DNA of 64,000 nucleotides from an uncultured Methanomicrobiales archaeon. Its GTDB lineage: Archaea > Halobacteriota > Methanomicrobia > Methanomicrobiales > Methanospirillaceae. Below are positions 1 through 10,713 of the stretch, piece after piece (position 1 is the stretch's first letter; the number at the start of each line of letters is the position of its first letter). The translations under genes were made by a program, and so were the position numbers. The notes beneath the pieces are model-generated. The model was not told where the DNA came from and ran no database searches. It worked only from the letters and a program-made list of their open reading frames with translations. The stretch is from positions 96,001-160,000 of the forward strand of contig OY969100.1 in the NCBI GenBank assembly GCA_963697895.1, given 5' to 3'.

Positions 1-348
1 GTATCAGTCCCACTCGATTATGTTTATATTAAAAATCTTAACAAAATAAAATCGGATTTAAATATAAAATTTGGTTCAACTGGAAAAGGATTTTATAGAA
101 AACAGGATATCGGTTTTTTATTGGAAACTACAGGATTTGAAATAATCGAAGTTGAATATGCTCCAAAAAGATGGGGATCATTTGTTTATGAATTATGGTT
201 ATATCTTTGTTATCGGTCTGGATTTCCCTTATTTCACTCTGCCTATTTTTTTTTGCTATATCCGATAGCATACTGTGATCGTTTTGAAAAAAAAGATAAA
301 ACGGGATGTGAAATTATAATTAAAGCAAAAAGAATTACTATTCCTTAA
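1..348 (+). CDS. Partial gene (C-terminal part), probably a class I SAM-dependent methyltransferase
   Basis: Frame 1 is open from base 1 (VSVPLDY...LLETTGFEIIEVEY). 'LL..xGFEI.E' is typical of methyltransferase C-termini in glycan loci. The start lies outside the window. Confidence 0.5.
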   Translation, partial: VSVPLDYVYIKNLNKIKSDLNIKFGSTGKGFYRKQDIGFLLETTGFEIIEVEYAPKRWGSFVYELWLYLCYRSGFPLFHSAYFFLLYPIAYCDRFEKKDKTGCEIIIKAKRITIP

Positions 349-1511
349 ATATTTTTCAATACCAATTCATTAAATAAAATTGCATAATTTGAAGAAATTA
401 TTTTCCAATCATAATGTTGTTGAACCAATGAATAATTTAATTGAGCAAAATTTTTAATTAATTCCTCATTTTCAAACGAATAAATCATTAATTCGGAGAG
501 TTGTTTATAATTCCCCACTTCGAATAAAAAACCATTCTCCCCATTTTTAATTAAATCCTTAGGTCCCCCGTTAATGTTTGTGGCAATTATTGGGATTTTG
601 AAAAGCATGGCCTCCAATATCGTAATGGGGAATGATTCTTGGTAGGATGTCAGAATGAATAAATCGCATGACTTGTAATATTGATAAACTTCCGGGGGAT
701 TTACAAATCCTTCAAATTTGATATAATCAAAAATCCCCAATTCTTTTGATAATTGTTCTAAGTTCTCCCTTTCCGGACCTTCTCCGATAATATATAAACG
801 AGATAATGGATATTTTTTTATGAAAATCCCAAATGCTTGTAATATTTGTTCAATTCCCTTAATTTTCACTAATCTGCCAACAAATAGAATTTTGGGGGAA
901 CCAGTTAATTGAATATATTTAATATTCTTTTCAATATCAATATCAATACCGTTTGGAATAATTTTAATTATTGATTTTTTAAAACCAAAATGCTCAGGGA
1001 TAACCAAAGAATACTTACTTGAAACAATAACTCTATCAAAAAAATTTCTTTGTAATTTAACCAAGAATCGACCAAATCGATGGAATAAATTCTTGCTATC
1101 GTATATACCTCCATATCCATGAAAAATTAAGACTTGTTTCACTCCCATAATTTTATAGCACAATGGTGACAGTAGAGTAATATCAATAGGAGGAGAATTA
1201 TAAAAAATAATATCAACTTTTTCATGAACAATCATTTTTGTTAATAATATAATCTTAAACAAAATTTGAGGGAAATTCAAAAACAAATTTTTATCATAAT
1301 TGATCATAATTGGAATTATTTTGATATTATTTATTTTAAATTCCTGATTATTCTGAATTTGTAAAAGTTGTTTTCTATTCATTACACGAACAAAAAGAAT
1401 TACTTCACACTTTTCTTTTATTAGCCCTTTTGCCAAAAAATATCCAACATTGGCCGGACCACCTATTTCAATGGGGTAAATGCCAGATGTCGCAATAATT
1501 CCTACTTTCAT
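345..1511 (-). CDS. GT4 family glycosyltransferase
   Basis: GGPAN N-terminus, IPNGID, LFVGRLVKIKG and ESFPITILEAM motifs. Confidence 0.93.
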   Translation of the reverse strand: MKVGIIATSGIYPIEIGGPANVGYFLAKGLIKEKCEVILFVRVMNRKQLLQIQNNQEFKINNIKIIPIMINYDKNLFLNFPQILFKIILLTKMIVHEKVDIIFYNSPPIDITLLSPLCYKIMGVKQVLIFHGYGGIYDSKNLFHRFGRFLVKLQRNFFDRVIVSSKYSLVIPEHFGFKKSIIKIIPNGIDIDIEKNIKYIQLTGSPKILFVGRLVKIKGIEQILQAFGIFIKKYPLSRLYIIGEGPERENLEQLSKELGIFDYIKFEGFVNPPEVYQYYKSCDLFILTSYQESFPITILEAMLFKIPIIATNINGGPKDLIKNGENGFLFEVGNYKQLSELMIYSFENEELIKNFAQLNYSLVQQHYDWKIISSNYAILFNELVLKNI

Positions 1512-1559
1512 ATAAAATCTTCTTCCTCTTACCGAGAATTCATTGATTTTTTTTAGATT

Positions 1560-2609
1560 TTATTTTTTATCAATATTCAACCCGTGACGATCTCCACGTT
1601 TGTTTCTGACATAATATCCAAATGAATTATACAGATTCCGACAGACCTGTGAAGTCAAGAAAAATTCATAAAACCGGCTTTTCATTAGTTCGTGAGTTAT
1701 CCTATCTATATCTAAGGAGATATTAAAAAAAATTCTCTCTTTCGTTGTCATTTTAATATCATCAATTGAATTGATTCCTTGAAGCATGAATTCTCGGTCA
1801 AACAGATGGGGAAATTCAACAGGCTTGCCGTCGATATAAATCATTTTTTTGATTGCTAATAATCGTTCAAGACCCAGATTGAACAAATCTCCCCACCCCA
1901 TTCTTTCGGCATATTTCTTACATGTATCAATATCTATTGTATTCATAAGAGATTTAAATTGCAAAAAATCCAATAAAGTCATCCTCCTATGGCCAAATAT
2001 ACTATGAACAAGAAGAATTAAAAAATTTGCTTCATCATTGAGACTCCGATAATTAATTCCGAATACATTGTCCCGTTCTGAACATTTCCACAAAAATTCG
2101 GGTTCAATAAATTCTTTTGAGAGGTAACTAATTTTACAATAAATATCTAATTTTAAACACCCTGATTTTCTGAAGGAGCTTTCTACTTCATTTGAATATA
2201 TAATCTGCATATTTTCACTTTTAAGGATATGAAATATTTTTTCTTTTTCATTTTCATGAACGAAAATATCAATATCTCGAGGGATATGCGAAATTTTGTT
2301 ACAGCTTTTAATTACGAAAAAGTCTATTCCATATTGGTTTTCGAGATAATTTAAAAAATTTAAGGAATTTTTAAAATTTTCGAATCTTTTGTTTTCGATT
2401 GCCCAACGATTTTTATTATGTGGTTGAAAATGAAAATCTTCAGAAAGTCTGTTCATTAATCCAAAGTATAATCCATTAATATCGGAAAATTTGATAATTT
2501 CATTCAACAATTTTCTATCTCCGATAATCATTCCTGGATCAATTTTTTTAGAATAGTCATAATCTAATATTGACAAGACAAAATCAGTTAAACTGAATTT
2601 ATTTGTCAT
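1560..2609 (-). CDS. Nucleotidyltransferase-family protein (glycan-locus associated)
   Basis: IK...HIPRDIDIFV DxD motif; 349-aa ORF in the operon. Confidence 0.65.
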   Translation of the reverse strand: MTNKFSLTDFVLSILDYDYSKKIDPGMIIGDRKLLNEIIKFSDINGLYFGLMNRLSEDFHFQPHNKNRWAIENKRFENFKNSLNFLNYLENQYGIDFFVIKSCNKISHIPRDIDIFVHENEKEKIFHILKSENMQIIYSNEVESSFRKSGCLKLDIYCKISYLSKEFIEPEFLWKCSERDNVFGINYRSLNDEANFLILLVHSIFGHRRMTLLDFLQFKSLMNTIDIDTCKKYAERMGWGDLFNLGLERLLAIKKMIYIDGKPVEFPHLFDREFMLQGINSIDDIKMTTKERIFFNISLDIDRITHELMKSRFYEFFLTSQVCRNLYNSFGYYVRNKRGDRHGLNIDKK

Positions 2610-2613
2610 ACAA

Positions 2614-3268
2614 TCACATTTTCTTGTAACTTTGGATACTATACTGATATATTATATCATGGATTTCGTCTTTGTTAAGACTTGCCTCAATTTTAATGAA
2701 TTTCTGCGTTTCTGCAATGATCTTATAATAATTCATTATTTTAATATAATATGTCATAGAAATTGCTTTATCCTCTGAATTCGTCATTCTTGAATAGAAT
2801 AAATCTATATCCCCTTCCAAAAAAAAAGTCAAATCAGGTTTTGGAAAAAATCTAACGATTCTTATAAGCTCTATCATCGAAAATATCAAAAAAAAATTGA
2901 TAAAAATATCTATCACAAACAACGATTTTGTTCTGGAATGCTATTTTTATGAAAATAAATGTAGTTATTCCATAAGAAAAACCTATTAAACCAAACACCA
3001 TTTTACTAAATCGAGAAATTGTTTTTTTTTGAAATTTTTCATTTGTTTTCTGTCTTCTCGGACTCATATTATTGGAAATCAGATTACTCAAGTTGAATAA
3101 ATCAGACAAAAAATAAATTGGTCTCACATATTCAACGGAATAGCCTGCTTTTTTTAACCGATCATATAATCTTTGTGATTGAGTAGTTTTTCCACAACCA
3201 TCAATGCCTTCAATGGCGATAATAATTTGAGATCTCCTCCTGATATAATTTCGCAAATTTTCTCGCAA
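2614..3268 (-). pseudogene. Thymidylate-kinase-like P-loop kinase, split by one frameshift
   Basis: 2852-3268 has IEGIDGCGKTT (P-loop) and CDRY. The overlapping ORF 2614-2922 continues with PKPDLTFFL. The frame switch is near 2860-2896, where there is an A9 run at 2888-2896. Confidence 0.8.
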
Positions 3269-4436
3269 GATAATTTATACTATTATTTTCAGAGATAAAG
3301 CATGAACCATTTATTCCCATAATTTTTGCCTCATTCTGATGTTCAATAAGATATTTCAAAGCATGTCTAATTTCTTCAACATTATTCGGTGCGATCAGTA
3401 TTCCATTATGCTTATTAAAAATTATCTCCGGGATGCCGCCTACCGATGTCGCAATAATAGGTTTTCCGCAAGACATGGCTTCTAAAATCGACAACGGTTG
3501 ATCAGCAACACCATCTGTGTTTCGGAAGGGAGCTACAAATACATCACAAGCCGCCATTAAAAAATTAATATCCTTAATAATTCCTAATTCGATAACATAT
3601 TCCGTTAGATTAAGATTTTGAATTGCGTTCGAAATCTTGCACTTTTCTTCATCGTACCAATTATACGGTTCTCCCCAAGCTAGGATCAATTTTATGTTTT
3701 TGTGATTTTGAATTAATTGCGCAACTGCTGAAATTAATAGATCAACTCCCTTCCATGTCGCCCAGTTTCCGCAATAAAGAATAATAAATAAATCATTACC
3801 CAATTTTAATTTATTTTTACAACGATCTTTTGATAAGTCCAGATTAAAGACACGACTATCAACGATGGGTGGAGTGTATTCAATAAAATTATTGTCTAAT
3901 CCAATTTTTTTTAGGGAAGATAGTATGTTCTTACTCAAAACTGTAATTTTTCCTGCATTGGAAATCAGAATCTTTGAAAGAAAAACTGACGAAAATAATT
4001 GATACATCCCTTTTCTATCCCTCAATGGTGTAATTTGGATGGGGGAATATAAGGTAAAAAAAAAAGGGACATCTAAAAATAGTTTTAATAAGGCAGGTAT
4101 AATCCCAAAAATAGAGTATCCCGAGTGAAAATGAATGATCTCAAAATCACTTTTATTTTGTTCTGAAATAATTTTTGGTATGATCTTTAACAAGAATTCA
4201 ATATTATTAATAAAAGATCCATATCTAAAATGTATACGGATTGGAATAATAATAATACCATTATAGGTATAGTGTTTTCCTTGTAAATTATTATTGACAT
4301 CCGAAGTAATTATCGTTATCTGATGACCATTTTCAAATAACCCCTGTGCTAGTCTTATCGTATTATTAACCAAACCTCCAGTAAATGCACCACCTTGTGA
4401 AGGAACAATTTCAGTACCAACAATGCATATTCTCAA
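3210..4436 (-). CDS. GT4 family glycosyltransferase
   Basis: KGVDLLI, PLSILEAMSCGKPIIATSVGGIPE motifs. Confidence 0.93.
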   Translation of the reverse strand: MRICIVGTEIVPSQGGAFTGGLVNNTIRLAQGLFENGHQITIITSDVNNNLQGKHYTYNGIIIIPIRIHFRYGSFINNIEFLLKIIPKIISEQNKSDFEIIHFHSGYSIFGIIPALLKLFLDVPFFFTLYSPIQITPLRDRKGMYQLFSSVFLSKILISNAGKITVLSKNILSSLKKIGLDNNFIEYTPPIVDSRVFNLDLSKDRCKNKLKLGNDLFIILYCGNWATWKGVDLLISAVAQLIQNHKNIKLILAWGEPYNWYDEEKCKISNAIQNLNLTEYVIELGIIKDINFLMAACDVFVAPFRNTDGVADQPLSILEAMSCGKPIIATSVGGIPEIIFNKHNGILIAPNNVEEIRHALKYLIEHQNEAKIMGINGSCFISENNSINYLARKFAKLYQEEISNYYRH

Positions 4437-5382
4437 GCAAAATTCCCCGAATGATTCTTAAAAATTTTTCACATATCCCCCTCCAAAATCCAAGTGCATA
4501 TGCAGAATGTTCTATCAGATATACAATTGGAATTGTAATTAAAAATCTTAAATCACGTTTCACTACGACTCCATGAATTCCCATTATAAAAATCAAAAAT
4601 AGATATAGTATAAAAAATGCAACAAAGATAATAGGTGATACAATCAAGGATAAAACCAAAAAAAGAATCAATATTGGAGGGACAATCTGAAAATTTAGTG
4701 TATTGACATTTGCTCTTCCCTGTCCATATTGATACATTCTTTTACAAAAGTCACTCAATCCTCTTTGATGTTTATGAAAAATAATTGCATGAGGAGTATA
4801 CAACAATTTTCCGAGAGCCAATAATCTTTTATTTAATTCCGTATCTTCTGCTGTCTTTAAATAAACATTAAATTTTCCCACTTTGATGAGATCTCTTTTT
4901 CTATAGATACTATTGCTACCGCTGATACTGCTAACAAATTTTTTATTTTCAAAAATTCGACCTTGAACAGAATTTGCACTACCAAGAAACGTATTATAAA
5001 CAAAATTTATGGAATTCTCCCAAATTCCGTAGCCAATATTAATCACCCTTCCACCAACACCAACTATTTCTTCATTGAATTCTTTAATCAGATTCTGCAG
5101 CCAATTTTTATCAGGTATGCAATCAGCATCGGTAAATGCAATTAATTCTCCTCGTGCATTTTCAATTCCAATATTATTTGCTCCTGCTCTTGTATGATAT
5201 TCTTCAAAAAAAAGATTAATCGGATATTTCTTCGCATTAGCAACAGTATTATCCGTTGAATGACCATCAACTACAATTATTTCAATTGGTAAAACGCTTT
5301 GACATAAAATCGCTTCAAGACATGTACAAATCTTTGATTCTTCATTTCTCACTGGAATGATCACAGAAATTGACGAATTCAT
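4411..5382 (-). CDS. GT2 family glycosyltransferase with C-terminal transmembrane helices
   Basis: SVIIPVRNEE, VVDGHSTD, FTDAD, AEDTEL motifs; hydrophobic C-terminus. Confidence 0.93.
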   Translation of the reverse strand: MNSSISVIIPVRNEESKICTCLEAILCQSVLPIEIIVVDGHSTDNTVANAKKYPINLFFEEYHTRAGANNIGIENARGELIAFTDADCIPDKNWLQNLIKEFNEEIVGVGGRVINIGYGIWENSINFVYNTFLGSANSVQGRIFENKKFVSSISGSNSIYRKRDLIKVGKFNVYLKTAEDTELNKRLLALGKLLYTPHAIIFHKHQRGLSDFCKRMYQYGQGRANVNTLNFQIVPPILILFLVLSLIVSPIIFVAFFILYLFLIFIMGIHGVVVKRDLRFLITIPIVYLIEHSAYALGFWRGICEKFLRIIRGILLENMHCWY

Positions 5383-5469
5383 TTTAATGCCTCACATTCG
5401 GTACTCCTGTGAAGGGACCTCCTAAAACATCTGCATCATCCCGATTCCAGCACTTAGCAACCCATATTA

Positions 5470-5873
5470 ATAACACGGTTGATCTCATCAGTCATGCTCC
5501 GGTCAAAATAATGGAACAACCCTCCTTCAACATGGCCGAAAGTGCTTATGAAGTATTACTGCCTCAAGGGCACCGACCATGACTGTGTTGGTGTCGCCCT
5601 TGATCAACACCATATCGGTATGTTCCTTTTCCAGGACCCGCTCGACACCCATCATGATCTTTCCTGTCTGCTCAGTATGAGTCCCGGACCCGACATCGAT
5701 TTTATATTGGGCTCCTGGGAGCGCAAGTTCATCAAAGAATACCCGATGCATCTCGTAGAAATAGTGCTGACCAGTAGGAATATGATACTAAGGGATATCC
5801 CGGTCCTTACACCGGATGATTGGAAACGGGTTTTAATGATCTCGGGTCGAGTCCCATGGACAATTGCAATCAA
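5470..5873 (-). pseudogene. wecB: UDP-N-acetylglucosamine 2-epimerase remnant (N-terminal third, frameshifted)
   Basis: Fragments GTRPEIIK, VGSGTHTEQTG, GDTNTV and GHVEGG..DRSMTDEINRV occur across frames. The gene is truncated where the AT-rich cassette begins. Confidence 0.85.
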
Positions 5874-5877
5874 TGCA

Positions 5878-7180
5878 CTACCCCTCTCTTCGTCTCTCCA
5901 TCTTTATTATATGCACCAGCGAATTCAGGATCAACCCGGTAGTCACCAGCAGTAGTCCCAATATTAGGCAAATGAGACCCCCGAAAAAGATGATATAATG
6001 GAAACTCCCGTCCACGTAATATTCTGATAGAGTCCCAATTCCAGTCAGGACACCGAAAAGGGTTAGAATTATTCCTGGGATTCCAAATGACAGAAGCGGT
6101 CTCCGGTAACTCACCAGCCCAACAATTTTGGATAATACTCCTATCCCATGAGATACCGGGTTCTGTGTGGACGTATGTTCAAGATCATAACGGACGGTTA
6201 TGGGAACCTCGGCAACCTTCAGTTCGTTATCGATGTATTTGAAATCAGTCGGATTCGATCGGAACCCGCCGACATGCCATTCCCGGATACTTTGATCTTT
6301 TCGATTGCTCTTTTCCCGTATGCACGATAACCGCTCTGGGAATCTGAAACGTTATGATCTCCTGCAAGATTTGTCGCGGCGTCGAGGACCTTCATGGCCC
6401 GACATCACGGTAACCGGGATAATATTCTTCTTGTTTCCGGAGATGAAGCGGGAACCGATCACAACGTCCACACCATCATCCGAGGCGGTTTTAATACATC
6501 CGGGATCAATCTCGGGTCATGCTGACCGTCGGCATCAAGGATGACGAGGGCATCGACATCTAATGCTCGTGGCAGTAATGCAAATCGTCTGAGAGGTGCA
6601 CCTCCGTATCCCTTGTTCTGCGTATGTTTTACGACGTATGCACCGAGGGCCTCGGCAATCTGCTACTGTGGCGTCGGTCGAACCATCATCGACAACGATG
6701 ACTTTGTCGACATAGTTCTGGGCTTTAGGACAATGGTCCGTGGCGATCTGCTTCTCTTCGTTGAAGGCGGGCATGATGCTGCAAGGGTTACTATCTGGGG
6801 ATCCTTTTGGGATCCCGGAAAGAAGAACAGGAACATTGGAAACAATATCGCTATGGGGTCCGACCTTTTGCAGGGGTATCTGATCGGGGGACTGGGATCT
6901 TTTCCGGACGACCGGCTCCACCATGCCGACCGCCGAGTTCGCCTTCAGGGTCTCGCTGAATGCCGCGTACTGCTTGATCAGCGATAACGTGCCGGATGAA
7001 AAGCCGCGGGTATCCGGGACCGCCAGCTGGTCTTCGTCGATCTGGTCTGTCTCAGCGATATCTTCGAATTCGCCGGTGTCGTCGGTGTCGTCGTAGATTT
7101 CCGTAAGAGCTGCCACCTCGGGAATGTGCACGGGAATGAGCGGAAGGTGAAAAGAAGATACCCCAAATATCCTCCCCACC
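5878..7180 (-). pseudogene. GT2 (dolichol-phosphate mannose synthase-like) glycosyltransferase with multiple frameshifts
   Basis: MPAFNEE, VIVVDDGSTDAT, GVDVVIGSRF and SYRRPLLSFGIPG plus two TM helices are spread over several frames; acidic N-terminal extension. The 5' end is approximate. Confidence 0.8.
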
Positions 7181-7659
7181 AAATATATATATGACGATAT
7201 TCGGCTCAGGGAATATAAAAGGTTCCGTTTCGCAGGGAGATGGTAAAGAATCGTTGACATTCGTTGGTGAACGGAAACGCGGTCATGATAGTTTTTTGGG
7301 AACCGGGATCGTCATTGTCGCTCCACAATTCTCATCGCGATCCGGGGTAAAAATGCATCAGACCCGGCGCACCCGGACGGGAGAGTTCACCATGGTGCCC
7401 CGGATCGACTCAGAAACCATCAGGAGGCTGAAAAACTACCGTGACCTTCGCTTCTTTCCTCCTTTCCCCGTCCGTCCCCCCGCTCTACCCGGGGGGTTCA
7501 CAGATGGAACATTGCGTACCGGATATTGTCACCTGGCATAGGGAGTTTTGTCATTGCCGCGACGAGCAGCGAGTAGTAAGGTTGCCGGCGGATGAACCCC
7601 CTGTCAAGTGTCCCCCTCCCACATGAATATCGGCGAGACCAAACGATTTGATCCTTTTG

Positions 7660-7902
7660 GTAAGCACTTACGTTATCTGTGTCATGGACTGGAGACTCCG
7701 CCTTCACCGGTCAAGAAGGGGATGGAGCACCTGCGTGACCGGGTGAACTGGAACGAAGAGAATCCGGCAGTTCATCGGGAGAAAGATCGAGGAGGAGCGA
7801 AAACGGGACCTCCTCCAGAAACTGGAAGCCCGTATCACGCACTCCCCAGCCCCCAGAGGGACTGCATCCCGACTGGTGAGGGAGGATCGTGACCGTCATT
7901 GA
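7660..7902 (+). pseudogene. vapB: Archaeal VapB-type antitoxin remnant
   Basis: Across a frameshift it reads MEHLRDRVNWNEE/IRQFIGRKIEEERKRDLLQKLEARITHSPAPRGTASRLVREDRDRH*. The 'NW.EEIR' and 'LVREDRD' signatures are present and it overlaps a PIN gene start. Confidence 0.7.
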
Positions 7903-8350
7903 CGGCGCGGCATACATCGCATTTCTGATTGGTGAAGAAGGCGGGGAGGCTGTCCGGCCCTGGCTTGATCCGGAGAGGGCTCCCCGTTCGGTTTTCCCTC
8001 CTCCTGACAGAAAGCGGCAACGTTCTCTGGAAATACTTCCGTGCAGGTGCTATTCCGGAGGAACGGGCGATTGACGGCTCTATACCATGACAGGGGATAT
8101 CTGCCGTGAGGTAACGAGTGATCAATCGCAGATCGAACCGCTGACGAGAGAATTATCAGACATGGCGGCAGCTCTGGATGACATTAAATGCGGCGGACGT
8201 CTCGCAGCATAAAACACGCCCATCCCTTCTATGATCATGCTGTTTGTCGCTCAGGCGATGGAAACGCATGAAGGGCTGGTAACGGGAGATACCCTGCAGG
8301 CTCCGCAGGTTGGACCGACAAAAAAGTGTGAAATTGACGTCTTTTTTATC
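7889..8350 (+). pseudogene. vapC: VapC PIN-domain toxin remnant
   Basis: Fragments MTVIDGAAYIAFLIGEEG, LLLTESGNVLWKY and FYD.MLFVAQA...LVTGD are found in different frames. Confidence 0.72.
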
Positions 8351-8548
8351 GGATGGAGAGGCATCCCGGGCAATCCAGGATACCGGATCATCGTATCGCC
8401 AACCTGACGGAAACACACCGCGTCTCTCCGGCGGTACCCCGATCACGACCGCCCCGGCGAATCATCCACGATCGAAACGTGATCGATCCGTGCATAATAT
8501 ATTGTTCATCGAGCCGGAGGAAACGCAATCTGGTCGGAAGCACCCATC

Positions 8549-8641
8549 CTCACCCCGCGACCGGTCACACCGCACCGGTCATCCGGGCACGGATGTGTTG
8601 TTCATGGAGGAGGAGCCGGCCGAAGAAAACGCGAAGAAGAT
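8549..8641 (-). repeat. Degenerate copy C of the EamA gene 3' end
   Basis: ctcaccccgcga...ccggtcatccgggc...gagccggccgaagaaaacgcgaagaagat aligns to 11161-11278, with an internal deletion. Confidence 0.8.
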
Positions 8642-8663
8642 CATCTGGCGGGGAAATAATCGG

Positions 8664-9044
8664 TCAGTACGGAAGGACCGTCAACCCCGGGACAGCAGTG
8701 AAATGGGTGTCCCGGGAGACGATCGCATCGTTCTGCCGGAGTGCAATGGCGGCGATCAGCTCGTCGAACGATGAGACCCTGTTTCGACTTTGCCTGAGCT
8801 CCGCTGCTATATCTGCGTAGATCATCGCCGATTCGGTATCGAAAGGAAGGATAGGAAAATGGGCGAGAAATGTCCGGGCGGCATCGAAGAGACCGGGCCG
8901 GGTACTGATCCGTGCGCCATAGAGGAATTCAGCGGCTGAAACCGAGGTCGTTCTTAACAAGGGCTCATTTTCCGCAAACCGGATCGCTCCCGGATCTTCC
9001 CGGATCAGGTCGATCAGAAAGCAGGTATCGACGATGCTCACCAT
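8664..9044 (-). CDS. vapC: VapC PIN-domain ribonuclease toxin
   Basis: VDTCFLID, SAAEFLYG, FDELIAAIA, SRDTHF: PIN acidic catalytic residues are present. Confidence 0.93.
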   Translation of the reverse strand: MVSIVDTCFLIDLIREDPGAIRFAENEPLLRTTSVSAAEFLYGARISTRPGLFDAARTFLAHFPILPFDTESAMIYADIAAELRQSRNRVSSFDELIAAIALRQNDAIVSRDTHFTAVPGLTVLPY

Positions 9045-9271
9045 CCCACCTCCCGCGGCCGGGCCTCGTCGAGCTCCTTCTTTACTCTGGTGACCGAGAG
9101 AGCCAGCTCTTCCCGGAGGTCGGGGGAGAGCGACCGGACAAATTCGGTCACCGATTTCCGTTCTCCCTGGGATAGACGGAGGATAACGTCAGAGAAACTT
9201 TCCCCCTCATGCTTCATTGATTTCAAAGCCTGGTATGCGGATTCCTTTATGTTGATCGTCTTCGTTGCCAT
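9038..9271 (-). CDS. vapB: Archaeal VapB antitoxin (DUF217-like)
   Basis: MATKTINIKESAYQALKSMKHEGESFSDVILRL; overlaps the vapC start. Confidence 0.9.
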   Translation of the reverse strand: MATKTINIKESAYQALKSMKHEGESFSDVILRLSQGERKSVTEFVRSLSPDLREELALSVTRVKKELDEARPREVGW

Positions 9272-9291
9272 ATACTGTGTATACACAGTAT
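9272..9291. promoter_or_regulatory. Perfect 20-bp palindrome, probable vapBC operator
   Basis: atactgtgtatacacagtat is its own reverse complement and abuts the vapB ATG. Confidence 0.7.
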
Positions 9292-9530
9292 GTGAGGAAA
9301 GAACATAGAGATTACGTATAGGCGAGGAGGAAGCCGGTTCAGGTAACTCACGGAGTCACCCCGCAGATAGATCCATCCCCCCATGAAAAGCAGGAGAACG
9401 TTTTAGTAGTTTTTGCAGGATAATACCGAGCACCTGAGAAGATTTCCGTTTCCCCCACCTGCCACCACCGGTTGCGATGCCCCGGGAATACCTCTTGCTT
9501 ATTCTCACATTCCCGTTAAAACCCCCATCC

Positions 9531-9639
9531 CTCACCCCGCGAGCCCGGTCACCACCGCCCCGCCGATCATCACCACCGCACCGGTCTCCCGGGCCCGGAT
9601 GTGGAGGAGGAGCCGGGCGAAGAGGACGGCGAAGAAGAT
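9531..9639 (-). repeat. Degenerate copy B of the EamA gene 3' end
   Basis: ctcaccccgcgagcccggtcaccaccgccccgccgatcatcac...gaagaggacggcgaagaagat closely matches 11161-11278. Confidence 0.88.
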
Positions 9640-9725
9640 CGCCAGACCCGGTACCGTTCACACCGGTGTTATTCAAAACCGGCATAGGTAATTTTTATCT
9701 GGTGATTTACCCAATGTCTGGTCAT

Positions 9726-10028
9726 ATGAGGCTTGCAGGAGGTCGAATCCGGGCTCTCCGGGATAACCGGGAGGAGATCCTCCGGATTGCAGCGGCGCAT
9801 GGGGCGCGAAACATCCGTCTCTTTGGATCGGTCGGCAGAGGCGAGGACTCGGAAGAGAGTGACATCGATTTCCTGGTGGAGTTTGATCCGGGGAGAAGCC
9901 TCCTCGAGCATGTCGGGTTGATCCAGGACCTTGAGGATCTGCTCGGGTGCCCGGTGGACGTGGTCACAGAACGTGGCCTGCACTGGTATATCAGGGACCG
10001 GGTGGTGAAGGAGGCTATGCCGCTGTGA
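9726..10028 (+). CDS. Minimal nucleotidyltransferase (MNT) antitoxin
   Basis: LFGSVGRGEDSEESDIDFLVEF (GS...DxD). Alternative start at 9714. Confidence 0.92.
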   Translation: MRLAGGRIRALRDNREEILRIAAAHGARNIRLFGSVGRGEDSEESDIDFLVEFDPGRSLLEHVGLIQDLEDLLGCPVDVVTERGLHWYIRDRVVKEAMPL

Positions 10029-10360
10029 AAGATGACCGGCTCTACCTGATTCATATCAGGGAATGCATCCGGAAAATTGAATCATACACCTCCGGAGGCC
10101 GCGAGTCATTCATGACATCACCGATCCAGCAGGATGCGGTGATCAGGAACCCTGAGATCATCGGTGAAGCGGTTAAAAATATCTCCGGACATACATTGGC
10201 ATCCTACCCGGAGATACCCTGGCGGAGGGTCTCCGGACTCCGTGATCTGCTTATCCACCGGTATATGGGAGTCGACCCGGAGGAGGTCTGGAGCATTGTC
10301 GTACAGGATATACCTGCCCTGAAAGAGGTTGTTCTTCAGATGTGTGACGCACAGGAATGA
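10025..10360 (+). CDS. HEPN/DUF86 ribonuclease toxin
   Basis: GTGA overlap with MNT; EIIGEAVK, IPW and RDLLIHRY (Rx4HxY) motifs. Confidence 0.92.
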   Translation: MKDDRLYLIHIRECIRKIESYTSGGRESFMTSPIQQDAVIRNPEIIGEAVKNISGHTLASYPEIPWRRVSGLRDLLIHRYMGVDPEEVWSIVVQDIPALKEVVLQMCDAQE

Positions 10361-10379
10361 ACCTGATTATCTGGAGTGA

Positions 10380-10540
10380 CCGGATGATCTCCGGGACCAG
10401 GATAATCCTATATCTATGCATCCCAGACACGATAGCCCCGGAACCGAACCGCCTCTGACTGAAGAAGAATATAAAACCGCAGTCTTTACTGCTGAATCTG
10501 TTATTGAGTGGGCGGAAAGGATCGCTCACACCCCGATAGC
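10380..10540 (+). pseudogene. C-terminal remnant of a second HEPN-domain gene
   Basis: YASQTR*.../PGTEPPLTEEEYKTAVFTAESVIEWAER resembles the YA..RYP...T.EE...A...A..V..W HEPN C-terminus. Confidence 0.55.
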
Positions 10541-10554
10541 GCAGGCGATAAACC

Positions 10555-10713
10555 CGTTCGTGCGGTAAATATCCGGCTGTATCGTATGGGCTTTCCGCTT
10601 AGGGGGTCGTTGACGATCTTCGCAATCTGTTTTTTTACCCGTTCCCTGAGTCTGGCATCCTTGATCTTCCGGATGGTCTCTTCAAACTGCTCGCCGCAGG
10701 GGACGGTCACCAT
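10555..10713 (-). pseudogene. Truncated RelE/ParE-family toxin
   Basis: FEETIRKIKDARLRERVKKQIAKIVNDPLSGKPIRY is a RelE N-terminus; similarity is lost after about 50 aa. Confidence 0.7.

Noticed and set aside
9356-9530. Possible IS200/IS605 end remnant (atccccccatgaaaagcaggag)
   Set aside because: Weak resemblance only; no transposase fragment and no second end.
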